From Amoebophrya sp. A120 (lineage: Eukaryota > Protista > Dinoflagellata): DNA of 64,000 bases. Below the pieces are notes generated by a model. It saw nothing but the letters and a program-made list of their open reading frames with translations, made no database searches and was not told the origin of the DNA. Every line of letters starts with the position of its first letter. Within the stretch, counting starts at the first letter, position 1. Made by a program: the position numbers and the translations under genes. This document shows positions 9,631-22,428 of the stretch, one piece after another. The DNA lies in the NCBI GenBank assembly GCA_905178155.1, contig CAJINV010000005.1:5615469-5679468 (forward strand), in the 5' to 3' direction.

Positions 9631-12600
9631 ATGGATCAGCAAAACCGTAAGTTCGAAGACATCCAGAAGATGTTGGTGTGCCGCACCCATCTGGTATCCA
9701 CAGTAAATTTCCCGTACACTCGTACAAATGCTGTCCCTGCATGACAAAACTCGACTCCGGATTATGGTTTAGCATGACAAGTATCAGGCTGCAAATTGGT
9801 AAATTCTGTGATGCATTTTGTACAATGTACGGAAAATTTGTATTGCATAGCTGGGAACACTGAACGTGGACCACCGCATGAAGCGCTACGTCTTCCGCCG
9901 CACCCAGGACGGCATCCACTTTATGAGAGCCTCAGGTTGGAAATCCTCAAAGTGGAAATAATTTGTAATGCAAAAGAACGAATCCAGTTGAAGTGCCATT
10001 TCTAGTCGGCGCATGACAAATTTTCCGGGCACTCAAAGCATGTCTGTCATGCTAGACAGGCAAAGGGGTGCCCTTCTCTCGTGCTAATCAGCAGCCCAAT
10101 TATGAACCCCTAGCAGGACAATAGTCGGTCTCCATTGTGTCCTCTGCAATGCACTCATTTCTGCCTTGCATTTCATGCATCACAAATTATTTCCACTTTG
10201 AGGATTTCCATTCTGAGGCTTTCATACACTTGTTGGACCTGGGAAAAACCTGGGAGAAGGTGATGGTGGCGGCCCGCGTCATCGTCGCCATCGAGAACCC
10301 CGAGGACATCATGGTCATCTCCCAGCGTCCCTATGGTATAGGATTTTATTTGGGTTTTCTTTTTACTCGTAATAATACGCATTACAGGATTATTTTTCGT
10401 AGCAGAAATCGCATGACAAGTTCGAAGAGTTTAAAGAGAAAATGAATTTGTGATGCTAAACAAGGCAGGAAAAAGGACATTTGTAATGCCAAATCGCATA
10501 TAATAATACACAGGTTCCCGCGCGGTGTTGAAGTTCTCCCAGCACGTTGGCTCCGTTGCCCACCCCGGTCGCTGGACCCCGGGTACGCTGACGAACTACA
10601 TCACCAAAAAGTTCGCCGAGCCGCGTCTCCTGATCGTCACCGATCCGCGCACCGATTCCCAGGCTGTCTTGGAGGCTTCCTATGCCAACATCCCGGTATT
10701 TTGATGCTATAGAGATTTTTTTTTGGATTGGTTTGTTTTTCTTTCTCTGTGTAAGAAGAAGTATTGCATGACAGAGCGAGTGGCCGCTGAGTAGGGAAGA
10801 ATCTGTGCAAGAAGAGAAATTTAGAAGTCGGTGTAGTTGTATGCTGGTGCATTTGTATTGCTCGACATCAGCGTGAGGAGGCGGACAATAGCAGCGCACG
10901 CGTTATGATGATTGGATCACTTGGGACACCTTCTGAACCCCCGGGTCTACTTGTTGAATCCGGGGGTAATGTGAAAACTATTGTGACCGCCCCAGTCTGA
11001 TCTTGTGACGCTGATAAATTCTCGCGATCACAATTTCATGCGCGTGCTGTCATCTGCAGATTTAGATAATTCCTACTGCAAATACTCTTGTTTCAAAGCA
11101 TGTCTCCTTATCATGATGATTGGATCACTTGGGACACCTTCTGAACTAAGCTTTCGCAAGCAAGAAGTTTAGTAATGTGAACAACTACGTGACCGCCCCA
11201 GTCTGACTCTTCTAAAAGCACAATCTTTATTCCAACTCGATGTCAAAAAAGACGTGCTCGGTTATTTCATCATGACAAGCGTGGGCAGCAGCTCTCCTCT
11301 GTCTTGGTCTTTGAGTTTGACTTCTCTTGCCGCGTGACTACAACAGTAGTACCTAGGCGATCGCTACAACTTCCCGGTATGTCATACAGAGCTGCACTTC
11401 TGTGTCCAACACACAATATCATCTTTCCGTCAAAAACAACAAAACGGAAACACTGACTCTCCGCTGGAAAGACACGCTTGTGACACTGACTCTCCGCTGG
11501 AAGTCATCCTGACTGAACAGGAAAGACTGCTGAAACTGGAACAGGCCAGTTGGAACATGTCCGGAACAGGCCAGTCAGCGAACAGGCCAGTCAGCGAACA
11601 GGCCAGTCAGCGAACAGGAAAGACTGCTCATCCTGACTGAACAGGAAAGACTGTCTGTTCCAGTTCTCATCATGAAGTCACAGGAAAGACACTCTGTGTG
11701 GCGGAAGTCACAGTGACTGACTCACAGCCATCATCTGAAAAAGTGTTAACGTTAACGGTTTCCACAGATGGCAGTCATGCATTACAAGTCTTGCCTTCCA
11801 TGCATGCTACGCAATACAAATTTTATATCATCTTTCCGTCAAAAAAAAACAACAGGTCATCGCGCTGTGTGACACGGACTCCCCGCTGGAGCACATCGAC
11901 CTGGCCATTCCGTGCAACAACAAGGGTAAGGAATCCATCGCCCTCATCTTCTACCTCCTCGCCCGTGAGGTCTTGTACCTGCGTCGCGGCGCCCTGAACC
12001 GTGGACAGGAGTTATGAATTGCAAGAATGTCTGAGTCTGGAAGATTGCAACTTGTGATGCTGTCTCTGGATAATTCCAAAAAAGTCTGTATTGCATGACC
12101 AGCAAAAGGAGTCCAGTTTGTGCTACGCGGAGAGGGCATTTCTCATGCGGAATACGCACCAGAAAGCCATCTCAAAATCTGTGATGCTAGGCCATGCATT
12201 ACAGACGTAACGTGTCATGCAGAATATGCATGGGAAACCTGTCACTCTTCCAGACCCAGACATATTTGCACTTGATAGGAGTGGGACGTTATGGTGGACT
12301 CCTTCTTCTGGCGTGACCCGGATGAGATTGCCGAGAAGGAAGAGGAGACGACCAAGTGGTATAGCTAGAATTGCATTACAAATCTTTTTCGTAAGGTAGA
12401 TCCGCATTACAAATTTCATAGCCGTTTGTAATCTCGGTTTTGAGTCCTGTTAGCATTCAATCTGTCATATGTCCTGGTGCACGAGTTCTTCACACTGGTC
12501 TGAGTTGTCTTGTTTGTTTCTGTCAAGAACAAATGCGTGAAGATCAAGATAAACAGTCGTCAACATGATCAAAACTACCCAAACTACAGGCAAGAGGAGA

Positions 12601-12731
12601 CCGCCGCTCAGGGCCAATTCGGTGACAACTTCCAGGCGCAGACTGGAGGAAACTGGGATGACAACTGGGAAACCACCAACGCCAACCAGGATGGTGACTG
12701 GGGTGCGACCAACACCGCCGAGGGCTGGTAA
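9631..12731 (+). CDS. RPSA: 40S ribosomal protein SA (uS2); 7 exons, 3 introner introns and 3 GT-AG introns (10336-10513, 10696-11855, 12359-12589)
   Basis: Spliced translation [141 protein letters not shown], with an acidic Trp-repeat tail; hallmark uS2 motifs. Confidence 0.97.
9695..9849. mobile_element. Introner family C (RPSA intron 1)
   Basis: tatccacagtaaatttcccgtaca / tgtacggaaaatttgtattgcata; TCTGG/GCTGG. Confidence 0.9.
9922..10226. mobile_element. Introner family F (RPSA intron 2)
   Basis: Long (~45 bp) TIR; CACTT/CACTT. Confidence 0.92.
10905..11000 (+). ncRNA. Intronic box C/D snoRNA (snR67/SNORD31-like), copy 1
   Basis: Box C ATGATGA, D' CTGA, D CTGA; guide ACCGCCCCAGT is complementary to the LSU rRNA P-loop ACUGGGGCGGU; second guide CTTGGGACACCT is complementary to LSU AGGUGUCCYAAG. 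Confidence 0.88.
11113..11206 (+). ncRNA. Intronic box C/D snoRNA (snR67/SNORD31-like), copy 2
   Basis: Boxes and both guides identical to copy 1; different internal hairpin. Confidence 0.88.
11360..11700 (+). repeat. Degenerate copies of RPSA exon junction sequence and GAACAGGCCAGTCAGC microrepeats inside intron 4
   Basis: atatcatctttccgtcaaaaacaac and acactgactctccgctgga (x2) mirror 11825-11890; 16-mer repeated three times at ~11563-11612. Confidence 0.75.
12013..12277. mobile_element. Introner family B (RPSA intron 5)
   Basis: TIR; GGAGT/GGAGT. Confidence 0.92.
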
Positions 12732-13978
12732 GCAATTCTGTGCATTTCATAATGCAATACAGAAATGATGAACCAGTTCTCGTTCTTCCCACTGCGCAGT
12801 TTAGGGCATTACTAGCTGTGTACCACGGAGAACGAAACTTTGTTTGCGGATACTGAGATTTAAGAGGACGTCTTCCAGGGGGCGTTCTGAAAGATCACAT
12901 TATCCAGATGAAGTCTACACATATTTTTCAGAACTGAAAAACGGTTTTACGGAACAATATTACTACTACTTCTAAAGACACAAAAAAAAACTTGACGGTT
13001 TGATTTTGAAAATCAAGTACTTATAATGATTTGCGTTTTGACGACGTCTCTGCACTAAAAACTTGCTGATTCAGGTGCAGCTGACGCTCCGCAAATTTGT
13101 AATTTACATGTACTTGAAATATTTTCTTTTCATGATCTTAAAGCTATTACTCTATTCAAATTGTGCACTTCTAAAGTCGATCATCTACTACGTTTTTCTT
13201 CTCGACGGGCTACCAGTGAGATTTGGTAGACAGGAAAACTGAACTGGAATTGTGATGCAAGGTCGCATCATCCGCTAATGGTGAACCTTTGGACAGCACA
13301 TGGATAGATGATTTAAGATTTCGGCAGAGCTCGACACAGAAAAAAAAATTTCCTCCGAAGCGAGGAGGCGCAGCACCAGCTCAGAAGGCAGAGCTTCTGA
13401 CTGGTTGCTTGGGTTGCGCTTCGAATCGCACTAGTCCGACCTGTTCTTTGGACGAACTAAAGATAGCCGCAGTGTTCCTTCCGTTGCCCGCGGCCGGTCG
13501 CTTGTTCGTTCGTCCTTGTTCTCGTAATGCACAAGGGTTTTTTGACACCTGCAAATCAATCATGTCGCGCAGAGGATCTCGATCAAAAACGCCTATTTCG
13601 GATCGTGACTATTTACTCCAAAATCTTGTTATCGAAGATTCACAAATCGAACTGACCTGATTTCACTTGCTTCAGGCCAAGAAATGCTGTGAAATTTTTT
13701 GAAGTTCGGCACGACCATTTTTTCTTTCGACTGCTAGACCACCCGAGAGGAGTTAAAAGATCTTCGTATAGTCGATCCTCACGTAGGGGTCTGTCGGAAT
13801 TCTGCATGGAAAGACACGGCTTGCTCGAGATCGAATCCGTCCTTCCTTCGTCCAACTTCATTCAGTACCATAGCGATGAGAGGCAAGAGAGCTCTTGTTC
13901 TTAGCTAGTGACACCCTGTCCGTATTTCTTGTCAATTTACCTACCCAAGCTAAAAGCGCCGTAGCGTCGCAGCTCAAA

Positions 13979-16900
13979 ATGTCCTCTTCCACAGCAACTG
14001 CGAACGGTAAGGCGAAAGCCGCTGCTGCTGCCGTACCCGCTTTACCGAAAGCAACCACTAGTATGAAACGGGAAAAGGGCAAGGAATCGCCGGGAGCAAA
14101 ACGCACGAAGAAGGACGGTGGAAATAGCGGGTCTCCCGCTGTCCACTCGCCCTCCCGCAGGAACAGTAAGAACAGCAGCGCCCCCGCAGTGGAACAAGAG
14201 GACCCGCAGCGTGGTGCGCAGGCGTTGCCAGGAGCAGCGGCTGCTGCAAAAGGAACCACTACATCGGGTTCGTTTACCCTTCCACCAGCAGCAGCAGATC
14301 CTGCGAAGCAAGCTGCCAACCCTGCTTCAGGAGCGAATATAGCGCCACCTACAGTTGTGGCAGGAGCACCGTTTACTTCTCTGTCCGCGAATTGTACTCC
14401 CGGAAAAGGAGCTGCTTCGTTAGTTACAACAACTTCCACGACGAATCACCACGCCCCCACTTCCACTTCTACACCCGCAGCTGCGATCAACACTGCCGCG
14501 TCCGTATCCCTTCCCACCCATGCGACCACGTTTGTAAAACCAGTAAAACCGCTTTCCCTCTCCGCAAAGGAATTTGACGCGGTGAAGCGCGCGCAGGAAC
14601 AGCTACGGAAACTGGAAGACCAGACGGTATCGGACCAAGTGATTATTCAAAACAGCTTTGAGGATTTGAAACAGCCGTTTTTTCAGGAACGGAATATCCT
14701 GTGCAAAAGTATCGTACTCATATTGCAGTCATGCATTACAAATTTTTATTGTTTAGTCAAATCCGCATTACAATTTACAAATTTTATTTCTCATGCTGAG
14801 GAAATTTGTAATGCATTTATACGAGTCCGATACTTTTGCAGTTCATACGGAATCAATTATTGCAATTCTTCCCGAAATTCTGGGGCAACGTCGTGTTGCG
14901 CATCTTCGATCCGCAATGGAGAGGGCTGGCTGCGACGGCGAAGAGTAGAGAGGGAAATACTGTTCCACTGTCGGCTCGGAGCGGCAGCGGCGGGCCGAGT
15001 AGAAGGGGGCAGAGCAATAGTAAGAGTTCCAACGCGAGTGGTAAGAGACCGGGAGCAGTGGGTGCAGCACCTCCTCCTGCACGGGCGCCTGCGGGAAGTA
15101 GGACCACTACCAGTGCTGGTGGAGCGGCCACGCCAAACACGACGGGAAGTACCACAGCCACTGCTGGTAACACGCTTTCTCGCAGTTTAGGCACTATGGT
15201 GGGACCAGGTGGAGGGACGAATACAACCGGAAGTGCTGCAGCTCCGGGGCGTAGCATGTTTAGCTTTGCTTTCTCCAATTTGTTTGGCTTCACGATCATG
15301 ACAGAGGACGCGAACAACAACATCGCGTCTGGTGGGTCGAACATGAATGCGAATACGGCTAGTACTGGGTCCGGAACTGGGGACCACGGAGGAGCAACTA
15401 CAACTACCGCAGCATCCACCTCTTCCCATGCGGGCACAGTTGGTGGATCCTCCAACACAAGAACTACCCCAAGTGCGGTTGCAGCAGCAGTTTCCACGAC
15501 AGCGGCCGCACCACGGCCGGCTGATTTCGACGAATTTTTCCCGCCGATTATCCCGGATGAAGACGACAATTTTATCATGGAAGATGACATTCTAGGCGAG
15601 CATCAATCTGCACCTGCTGCGACTAGATCTACTTCCTTTGTCGGAGAAAATCAAAACGAACTCTCCGAACTCCTAGACGTTCACCTGCAGGACAATTTAG
15701 ACGCCTTCGGCTCGCACCGATTTTCATTTGCGTTTTCGTCGCAGTTGCTGCGGCGGGCGGGGACGGCGAAAAGTAGTAGTGGAGGTGGTGGAGCTCCACA
15801 TATTGGTGTAGTCTCCTCGTCAACATCTGCCAGTGCTGGTGCCACGGGAAACAAGCGGTCGCCAAGTAAAGAGCGCGGCGCGGGGACGGATGCGGTTGTA
15901 AATGGAGCAAAAAGTAGTGCTGCTTCGGCTGCAGCTTCGAAAACAGCAGGAGGGAAGCCGACCTCTTCGTCATCCGGTATAATTTCAAACTGTTTCTTTC
16001 GCGTGACTAAACGTGTGAACTGCGCCCAGGGCGTGGTAAAAGTGGAGGTGAAAAAGATTGCGCTGCCGGGAAGTGGTAATTCTGGAGGAGGACATCAAAC
16101 TGATCCGACTGGCAAGAAGAAAAACAAAGCCAGTAGTACCGCTGGAAATTCAACTCGCGCGGCGACCACAAGTGGTACTAGCGCAACATCTAGTACGACA
16201 GCTGTTCCACCCTTGACCAGCAGCAATGCCCCCCCGACGACTTCAGGAGCTTTGCATCAAAATAACCAAACCACAAGAAACCAGCAACCCGCCATTCCCA
16301 CCCCCGGGATTTTTACGTATCCTGAGGAAAAACGTACCCATACCAGAGTTGTAATGCAGATTTGCAAAGACAGGAAGACTTGTAATGCGCATTCGCATGA
16401 GAGCCATTTTCAGTCGTGTTTTGGAATTTGTGATGCTGTGAACAGGATGAGCAGATGGGTTTCTGATGCAGCTGGCCTTGCGAACCTGCACTACACTACG
16501 GACTGCAACTTGTGATGCGTGACTCACAAAGCTCCTAGGTTTGTGTTGCAAAATCCCCATCCTGACTCTGGTGCGGGTACGTTTTTACTCAGGATATCAC
16601 GTCCTTGGTCAACGCCATTCGCACAACGTCCAACTCGACCAACGCGACACCAACGGGCACGCCGAACCCCAGCCCGGGCAGAAACCGACCTGCTGGTGGT
16701 GCAACTTCCGTTGCGAGCAGAATGGCACGGATGGTCAGAGGGGTCGGAGGTACAAATGGGCAGCAGAATAATTCTTCCTCTCCGCACGCGCACATTCTGA
16801 CCGCGGCGGAATTGAGTAGTCCCACCTTGATACAACAATTTTTCACGAGTAGATTGAAGGAGAGGTTGGAAAAGGCGCAGGAGAAGGCGGAGATGGGTCG

Positions 16901-17159
16901 TGCAGCAACTACAAGTTCTGGCCAAAATGGAGCAGCAGGAGCACCAGCATCTACAACTTCAACAGGAGCGGCGGACAGCTCTGGTCAGCATCACGGACAG
17001 GAAGAGGAAGATGATGAAAATCACGACGATTTGCTTTTCCTCTCGTGGCTCTTCAGTGAGGACTACGCCGGAGAGCAGGGGAATTTTGGAGACGTCTTCA
17101 GGAAAGTGGCATGGCAGAATCCCTATGCGCTCGTACAGGATTTGTATGAAAGTGCGTGA
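13979..17159 (+). CDS. NAP/SET-family nucleosome assembly protein (histone chaperone) with long low-complexity insertions; 2 introners
   Basis: Spliced LKQPFFQERNQLLQFFPKFWGNVV and C-terminal FLSWLF..NFGDVFRKVAWQNPYAL resemble the NAP/SET motifs P.f..R..li..IP.FW and FF.WF..ge.i...iW.NP. Confidence 0.8.
14695..14847. mobile_element. Introner family A
   Basis: TIR; CGGAA/CGGAA. Confidence 0.92.
16318..16596. mobile_element. Introner family G
   Basis: tatcctgaggaaaaacgtaccc / gggtacgtttttactcaggata; TTACG/TCACG. Confidence 0.9.
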
Positions 17160-18946
17160 TTACGAATTACGGGCTTTGAAGACCTTACCTGCGGCCTACA
17201 TGAACTTCGTCGAAACCCAAAGTAGTAGACTTGTGTGACTCAAAGAGATGAGCGCCATTGTGTGTGCGATAAGGCCGCGAAATTTTATTGTCAGGCACTT
17301 AAAGAGAATTCGGAACTGCAGAAGTGTTACACAAGCAGTCTGCTTTTCTTTTGGAAGAACGGGTGAACGAGCAGAAATTCATCAGCTTTTTTCTATTGTG
17401 CGTGATTGCGTTCTTGTTGACGAGCGAGCGTGTGGAGAGGCGACTGCAATTGAGGTAGAGAACTAGTACTCGAGTGAGCGACAGAGAAACGTGTGTAGCT
17501 AGAATTTCCGCAGAGCCCATGAGCTGAGAGCACGCAGAGGGGGAGGAGTTAGGCATCTTAATCTTTGTTGTGGCTTCATGCTTGTTGACTCTTTCCTTTT
17601 CGGATGTTGACTTGCGCACGAGGATGCACAGCGCGCCAAGGCTGCCCAGAAGCGCCCAGCCGCATAGCGCGGGCGTGGAGGCATCGGGCGCGGCGCTCCG
17701 GGCGGTGCTTGCAGTAAACCGCGGCCGCAAAAGGCGCCGCCGGATGATAGTCGCAGCGCCCCGATGGGTCTGGTCGCGGCCGTGCCCGTACTTATCGGAT
17801 TGAGCGGCCGACCACGTGGCGCACCAATGGCGGCCGGCGTGAGAGCGACCAATGCTCCGCGCTTCGCTCCGTCGCTTTCGACGCGGCCGACGCCTCGATC
17901 GCAATCGCTGGCCATCCTGCAAGCAGCAGCCGGGCACCTGAAAACCGAGCTCAGACGTGCGCCGCGCCTTCGGAGCCGAAGGGGGCTGCCGCCTGGTGGG
18001 CAAGCAGGCCCGCAAGGCCGGCCCGCCTGGCGCATTTTCGGGGGGCGGGGCGGGTGGCATCCGCAGCGGGCCACCGGGCGCCCCAATTCCCGGGCGGGTT
18101 ATTTTGCCAGAGGGCGCCAGCGGGCGGACGCGGTGGCCCGTGGTGTGGCGCCGGCCTGGTCGCTATGGGTGTTGGCCCGCCCACCTGGTTCGGTGGCCCT
18201 TCCATTCCCCCTCCGCGTAAGCCTCTGGGGGCTAGCCGGGCTTCTTTGAGTAGTAGCAAGCGCTGCTAGGTCATTGATATTGGCCGGTGGACCCCCTGGC
18301 CTTGTGGTTCCGGGCGCGCGCTTCCTTATGGCGCGCGGCGCTGATTTGGGTTTGTTGTCGGTGGCACGTGCCCGAATGCCCGTTGCGAATTTCCACCCAG
18401 CCGCGATGCACCCTGTATGAGGCCGCGTAGACCACTGCACGTGCTTGGTCGCTGTTTGTGTGTTGGGTTGCTTAAGTAATTGAACAACGAGAACACTCGC
18501 CGTGGTCGAAGGGTGGCTGGCAGGCTGGCCGGCATCGTCGTTGCCAGGTTTTTTGTGTTTCCAGCCTATGTGCACCTACCGGGGCACGTCGCTGTCTCCG
18601 CCCGCGTTCAGCGTCGTCGCTTCACAGCAGCAAAAGAGAGAAAAGTTGGAGTTAACGATACTGCTATGAGGGTAGAACCAGACTTGTAGTATTAGTCAGG
18701 AGCACCAGCACGAGGAGCACCGGCACGCAGCAATGAGTTGATTGTGAGTCCGATGTTGAGAATTACTACGTGTAGTTTGATTACGGAAAGTCGGTTGAAC
18801 TGAAGAGCAAAGGCAGTCATTTCTGGCAGGCCCTTTCCCGCTATTTGCACCCCAGCCGGTCTGGTGCGTCTTACTCTTACATACGACAACAAAAAAAGTT
18901 TCTCTTGCAACGGCAACGCACAACTGATAAAGCAGACTCCAAAAAA

Positions 18947-21900
18947 ATGGCCACCTTCATCGTCCCACCCGAACCTCCCCTCTTCACTGCCACTCTCGAG
19001 GAGTTGGACAAAATTTCCTTTCGCGAGTTCACCGCCGAGCAATACGACCAGTGTGACAAATATCCACAGCAAATTTCTCGTACACGTACAAATGCGGCCC
19101 CTGCATGGCAAAACTTGGCTTCCATCCTGGTTTAGCATGGCAAGTTTTAGTACACTCCAAGTTGGTGAAAATTGTGTTGCATCTTGTGCATGTAAGGGAA
19201 ATTTGTATTGCATAACAAAGACAAAATCCCACCCGGCCAACTCCTGATCGCGGTGAAGAATGTCGGAATTTGCGGGTTATCCAGGAAAAATTACCCATCC
19301 CCATCCAATTTGTCATGCAGACCATGCATAATTTTAATTTGTAGTGTGTGTCATGCAAAACATGGATGGGGATGGGTGGTTTTTCCTGGATACGGGTCCG
19401 ACGTCCACTACTGGAAGCATGGGCGGATTGCCGACTTTGTCGTGGAACAACCGATGATTCTGGGCCACGAGTTATGAGAGTGCACAACCTTCCCTCCCCC
19501 TCCCCCTCATTTGTATTCCATGAACAGCAATACAAACAGCACCACACGTGGAGCCAGTGCATGACAACTTCCTGAGCCTACTGTAGTACTGTTTCAGATC
19601 CCGGAATCTGTCATGCAGACCGTGCCGCAACGCCACGATAGGATTTCGGATTTTGCATGACAAAGGAGAGGGAGGGGGAGTTGTGCATTCTCATACGAGT
19701 GCACTGGGGTGGTGGTAGGGGTCGGACCGAGCAGCGGAACAACAAGTGCTGGCTATCCTGTGCAAAAGTATCGTACTCGTATAAATGCATACAAATTTCC
19801 TCAGCGTGAGAGCTGGAATTTGTCATGCTGTTTTACCTTAAGGACAACATTTGTCATGCACAACTGCGATGTTTAGTACGTGTGCGATACTTTTGCACAG
19901 GATACTGCCGCTCCCTCCACAACTCTCCTCCAAGTCGGCGACCGAGTGGCGCTGGAGCCCGGAATTCCCTGCGAGCAGCCGGATTGCGAGATCTGCATGA
20001 CAAAGTCCACAGTCGCAGCGCCGGCGGAGTACGGCAAAGAGATGAAGTTCAAATACAACCTTATGGGGGTGTCAGGATTGCAAGCGCCTTCAGAGTCGAG
20101 ATAGTTTGTCATGTATAAAATGCAGCCCACAGAGTGCCTGTCGTGCAGAGTAGGCAAGTGAGGCAGATTGTAAGCCTGTTGAGAGGTAAAAACTGAGCTG
20201 CTAAAGTAGCATGACAAAAGGCGTCTTCCTTACCCAAACAGCATGACAAACTGGATTTCGGCCCTACCCAAATTTGTCATGCGCTACTTGGGAGCTGGAT
20301 TACAACTTTCACCCATTTTATGCATTACAAGTTATCTACTTAACTTTGTCGATTTCAATCTTGACACATCCATAAACCTCTGCCCCAGGGTAAAATTCTT
20401 CGCGACGCCACCGATTGACGGTATCCAAGAAAAAAACGTTGTTAGTGTAAATTTGTGATGCGCAACATGCAAGATGATTGCGTCTGTCATGCTTAGCATG
20501 CATCGTAGCGCCCACTAAAGGGCGTTTTCGCGTGCTATCTGCGCATGACAGGTTTTTGCTGTCATGCCAGACAATGCTGTTCCTCCAAAAAAGTTACACC
20601 TACAATCTTTTTTCCTGGGATAGACGGGTCTCTGCGAACAGTAGTTACCCACCCGGCGAAATTTTGTTTCAAGCTCCCAGACACGGTCAGCTTGGCGGAG
20701 GGGGCGCTGTGCGAGCCGTTGAGTGTGGGGGTGTACGCGTGTGGACCGGACAAGGGGCAGGTAAAGGAGGGGGACTCGGTAAGTATTGGAAAGAATTTAT
20801 TTTTCAGAATTGTTCATCGTTTGTGATCATATGCTCTTGCATTTGCAAGCAGAAAGGAAAACTGTAGCTGTGTGCACAAAATCCTCGTGCAGCTGGAATA
20901 GGGATGAAGATACCAGCTCAATTTAACAAAAGCAGCCTAGTCGCATCACAACACCGACGCGCGAGCTGTACGCCGCCCGCGCAAAACTGTCGCAGCTATT
21001 CGCCGTTGCTGCCCACGTTGCGTTCTGCTTCTGATGCGCCGCCGCCCGCGACTCTACCTCTAATAAGAACGCAGGAGATTTCTTCCTGGGGCTTTGCGGG
21101 TCAGCACAAGTGCGAGGAGGTAGCTGCTGGTAACATGATGAGCGCGCGCTGCCCACCGTGCACACGTGTAGTGCGTGGCACTTGCGAGAAAGTTTGGGAA
21201 TGTGATAAAACAGGTAAGATCAAGTTTTCAACAACATGCCTTCTGAGCCAAATGTAGAGTCAAGAAAAGAACCCATGCTGCGATTGAAAAATGTAAATGC
21301 TAAACTCAAATAAAACTTGGGCCTCCGAGACGCAGCAACACAATAACTTCCGTTTGAGCTATGCTGCTGAAAATGCTCTATCATGTTCATCCTCCGTGTT
21401 CCACTATCAGGTCATCATCTTTGGCGCCGGACCGGTCGGCACCCTTTGTGCCCTTGTCGCAATGGGCCTCGGGGCAAAGAAGGTGGTGGTCTGCGACGTG
21501 GATGTAAACCGATTAAAATTTTTACAAGACACTTTCAACGACGAGTATGAAGGTGAAAAATGAAAATTCTGTCAGAGGAAGTCATCTGCTGCATGGTTGA
21601 AAATCAAAATTTTATGGTTGCATCGATTTAGAGCACTAGTTCTTGACAAAACTACATAAATCTGCATCTGTTCAACCCCGACGGCAATTTTTCATCACTT
21701 TTTCGCCTTCCATACCCCCCAAGACCGGCTCTCCACGCACTTCACCGGTAATGGCGCCACCGCCCGGGATTCATCCACGGAGGCAATGGAGAAATTCAAC
21801 AACGGACAGCTCTACGACTGCGCCATCGACTGCTGTGGCGTGGCCACCGCGATTAGCTGTGCGATCTACAGCACAAAACCGGGAAAAAGGGTGGTATTGG

Positions 21901-22428
21901 TCGGGATGGGCGGAAATTTTTCCAATATACCGCTAATCGACGCAAGTATCCGGGAGGTGGATTTGGTGGGGGTTTTTCGGTACCGCTACACCTACTCGAC
22001 GTGCATTCAAATGCTCGCGGAGAAAAAGATCGACGTGTCGAAGCTGATCACGCACAAATTTCTATCACAGGAAAAAAAAATTAACGGTAACGGAATTTGC
22101 GATGCAGCAATGCATCGCAAAGCGTAAGTACCCAAATTTGTCATGCCTAGCCTGCGTGCTAGCTTGTTTTTGTGATGCACTACTGCAATCTCTAACCTTC
22201 TTTCTTGTGATAATTTCCATTCAGTCAGGAGGGCGTGGAAAACGCGATGGAGCATTGTAGTATCCAGGGAAAAACACCCTTCCACATCCAATTTGTCATG
22301 CAAAACATAAGTACATAAAGTCCTGCGCTTGTCATGCAAAAAATGGATGCTGGAACTGGATGGGTTTTTTTCTGTGGATATGTAGGACGGGGAAGGACGG
22401 GTGTGTGAAAGCGATGTTGGAGTTGTGA
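18947..22428 (+). CDS. SORD: Zn-dependent sorbitol/xylitol (L-iditol) dehydrogenase, MDR family; 9 introners and one GT-AG intron (20779-21410)
   Basis: Spliced motifs [43 protein letters not shown]...[48 protein letters not shown]. Confidence 0.95.
19061..19214. mobile_element. Introner family C
   Basis: TIR; ACAAA/ACAAA. Confidence 0.9.
19278..19392. mobile_element. Introner family E
   Basis: tatccaggaaaaattacccatccccatcc TIR; CGGGT/CGGGT. Confidence 0.92.
19473..19695. mobile_element. Introner family H
   Basis: TIR; CGAGT/CGAGT. Confidence 0.92.
19754..19904. mobile_element. Introner family A
   Basis: TIR; CTGGC/CTGCC. Confidence 0.9.
20062..20374. mobile_element. Introner family F
   Basis: TIR; AACCT/AACCT. 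Confidence 0.9.
20422..20622. mobile_element. Introner (singleton family in this window)
   Basis: tatccaagaaaaaaacgttg / caatcttttttcctgggata; GACGG/GACGG. Confidence 0.88.
21546..21714. mobile_element. Old introner with decayed direct repeat
   Basis: tatgaaggtgaaaaatg / cactttttcgccttccata; ACGAG/CCCCC; element + 5 nt removal still restores frame. Confidence 0.78.
22063..22212. mobile_element. Introner family D (absent from duplicate exon)
   Basis: TIR; ATTTC/ATTTC; empty site near 24155. Confidence 0.93.
22261..22380. mobile_element. Introner family E (absent from duplicate exon)
   Basis: TIR; TGTAG/TGTAG; empty site near 24200. Confidence 0.93.

Noticed and set aside
9694-9850. GT..AG reading of RPSA intron 1 (gtatcc...gcatag)
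   Set aside because: It would add an extra Leu to the conserved HLG motif, and most sister elements lack GT/AG; disfavoured but not excluded without cDNA
10765-10890. Possible H/ACA snoRNA upstream of the C/D pair (two hairpins, AGAGAA, ACA)
   Set aside because: Lower stems are weak and pocket-to-ACA spacing does not fit the usual 14-16 nt
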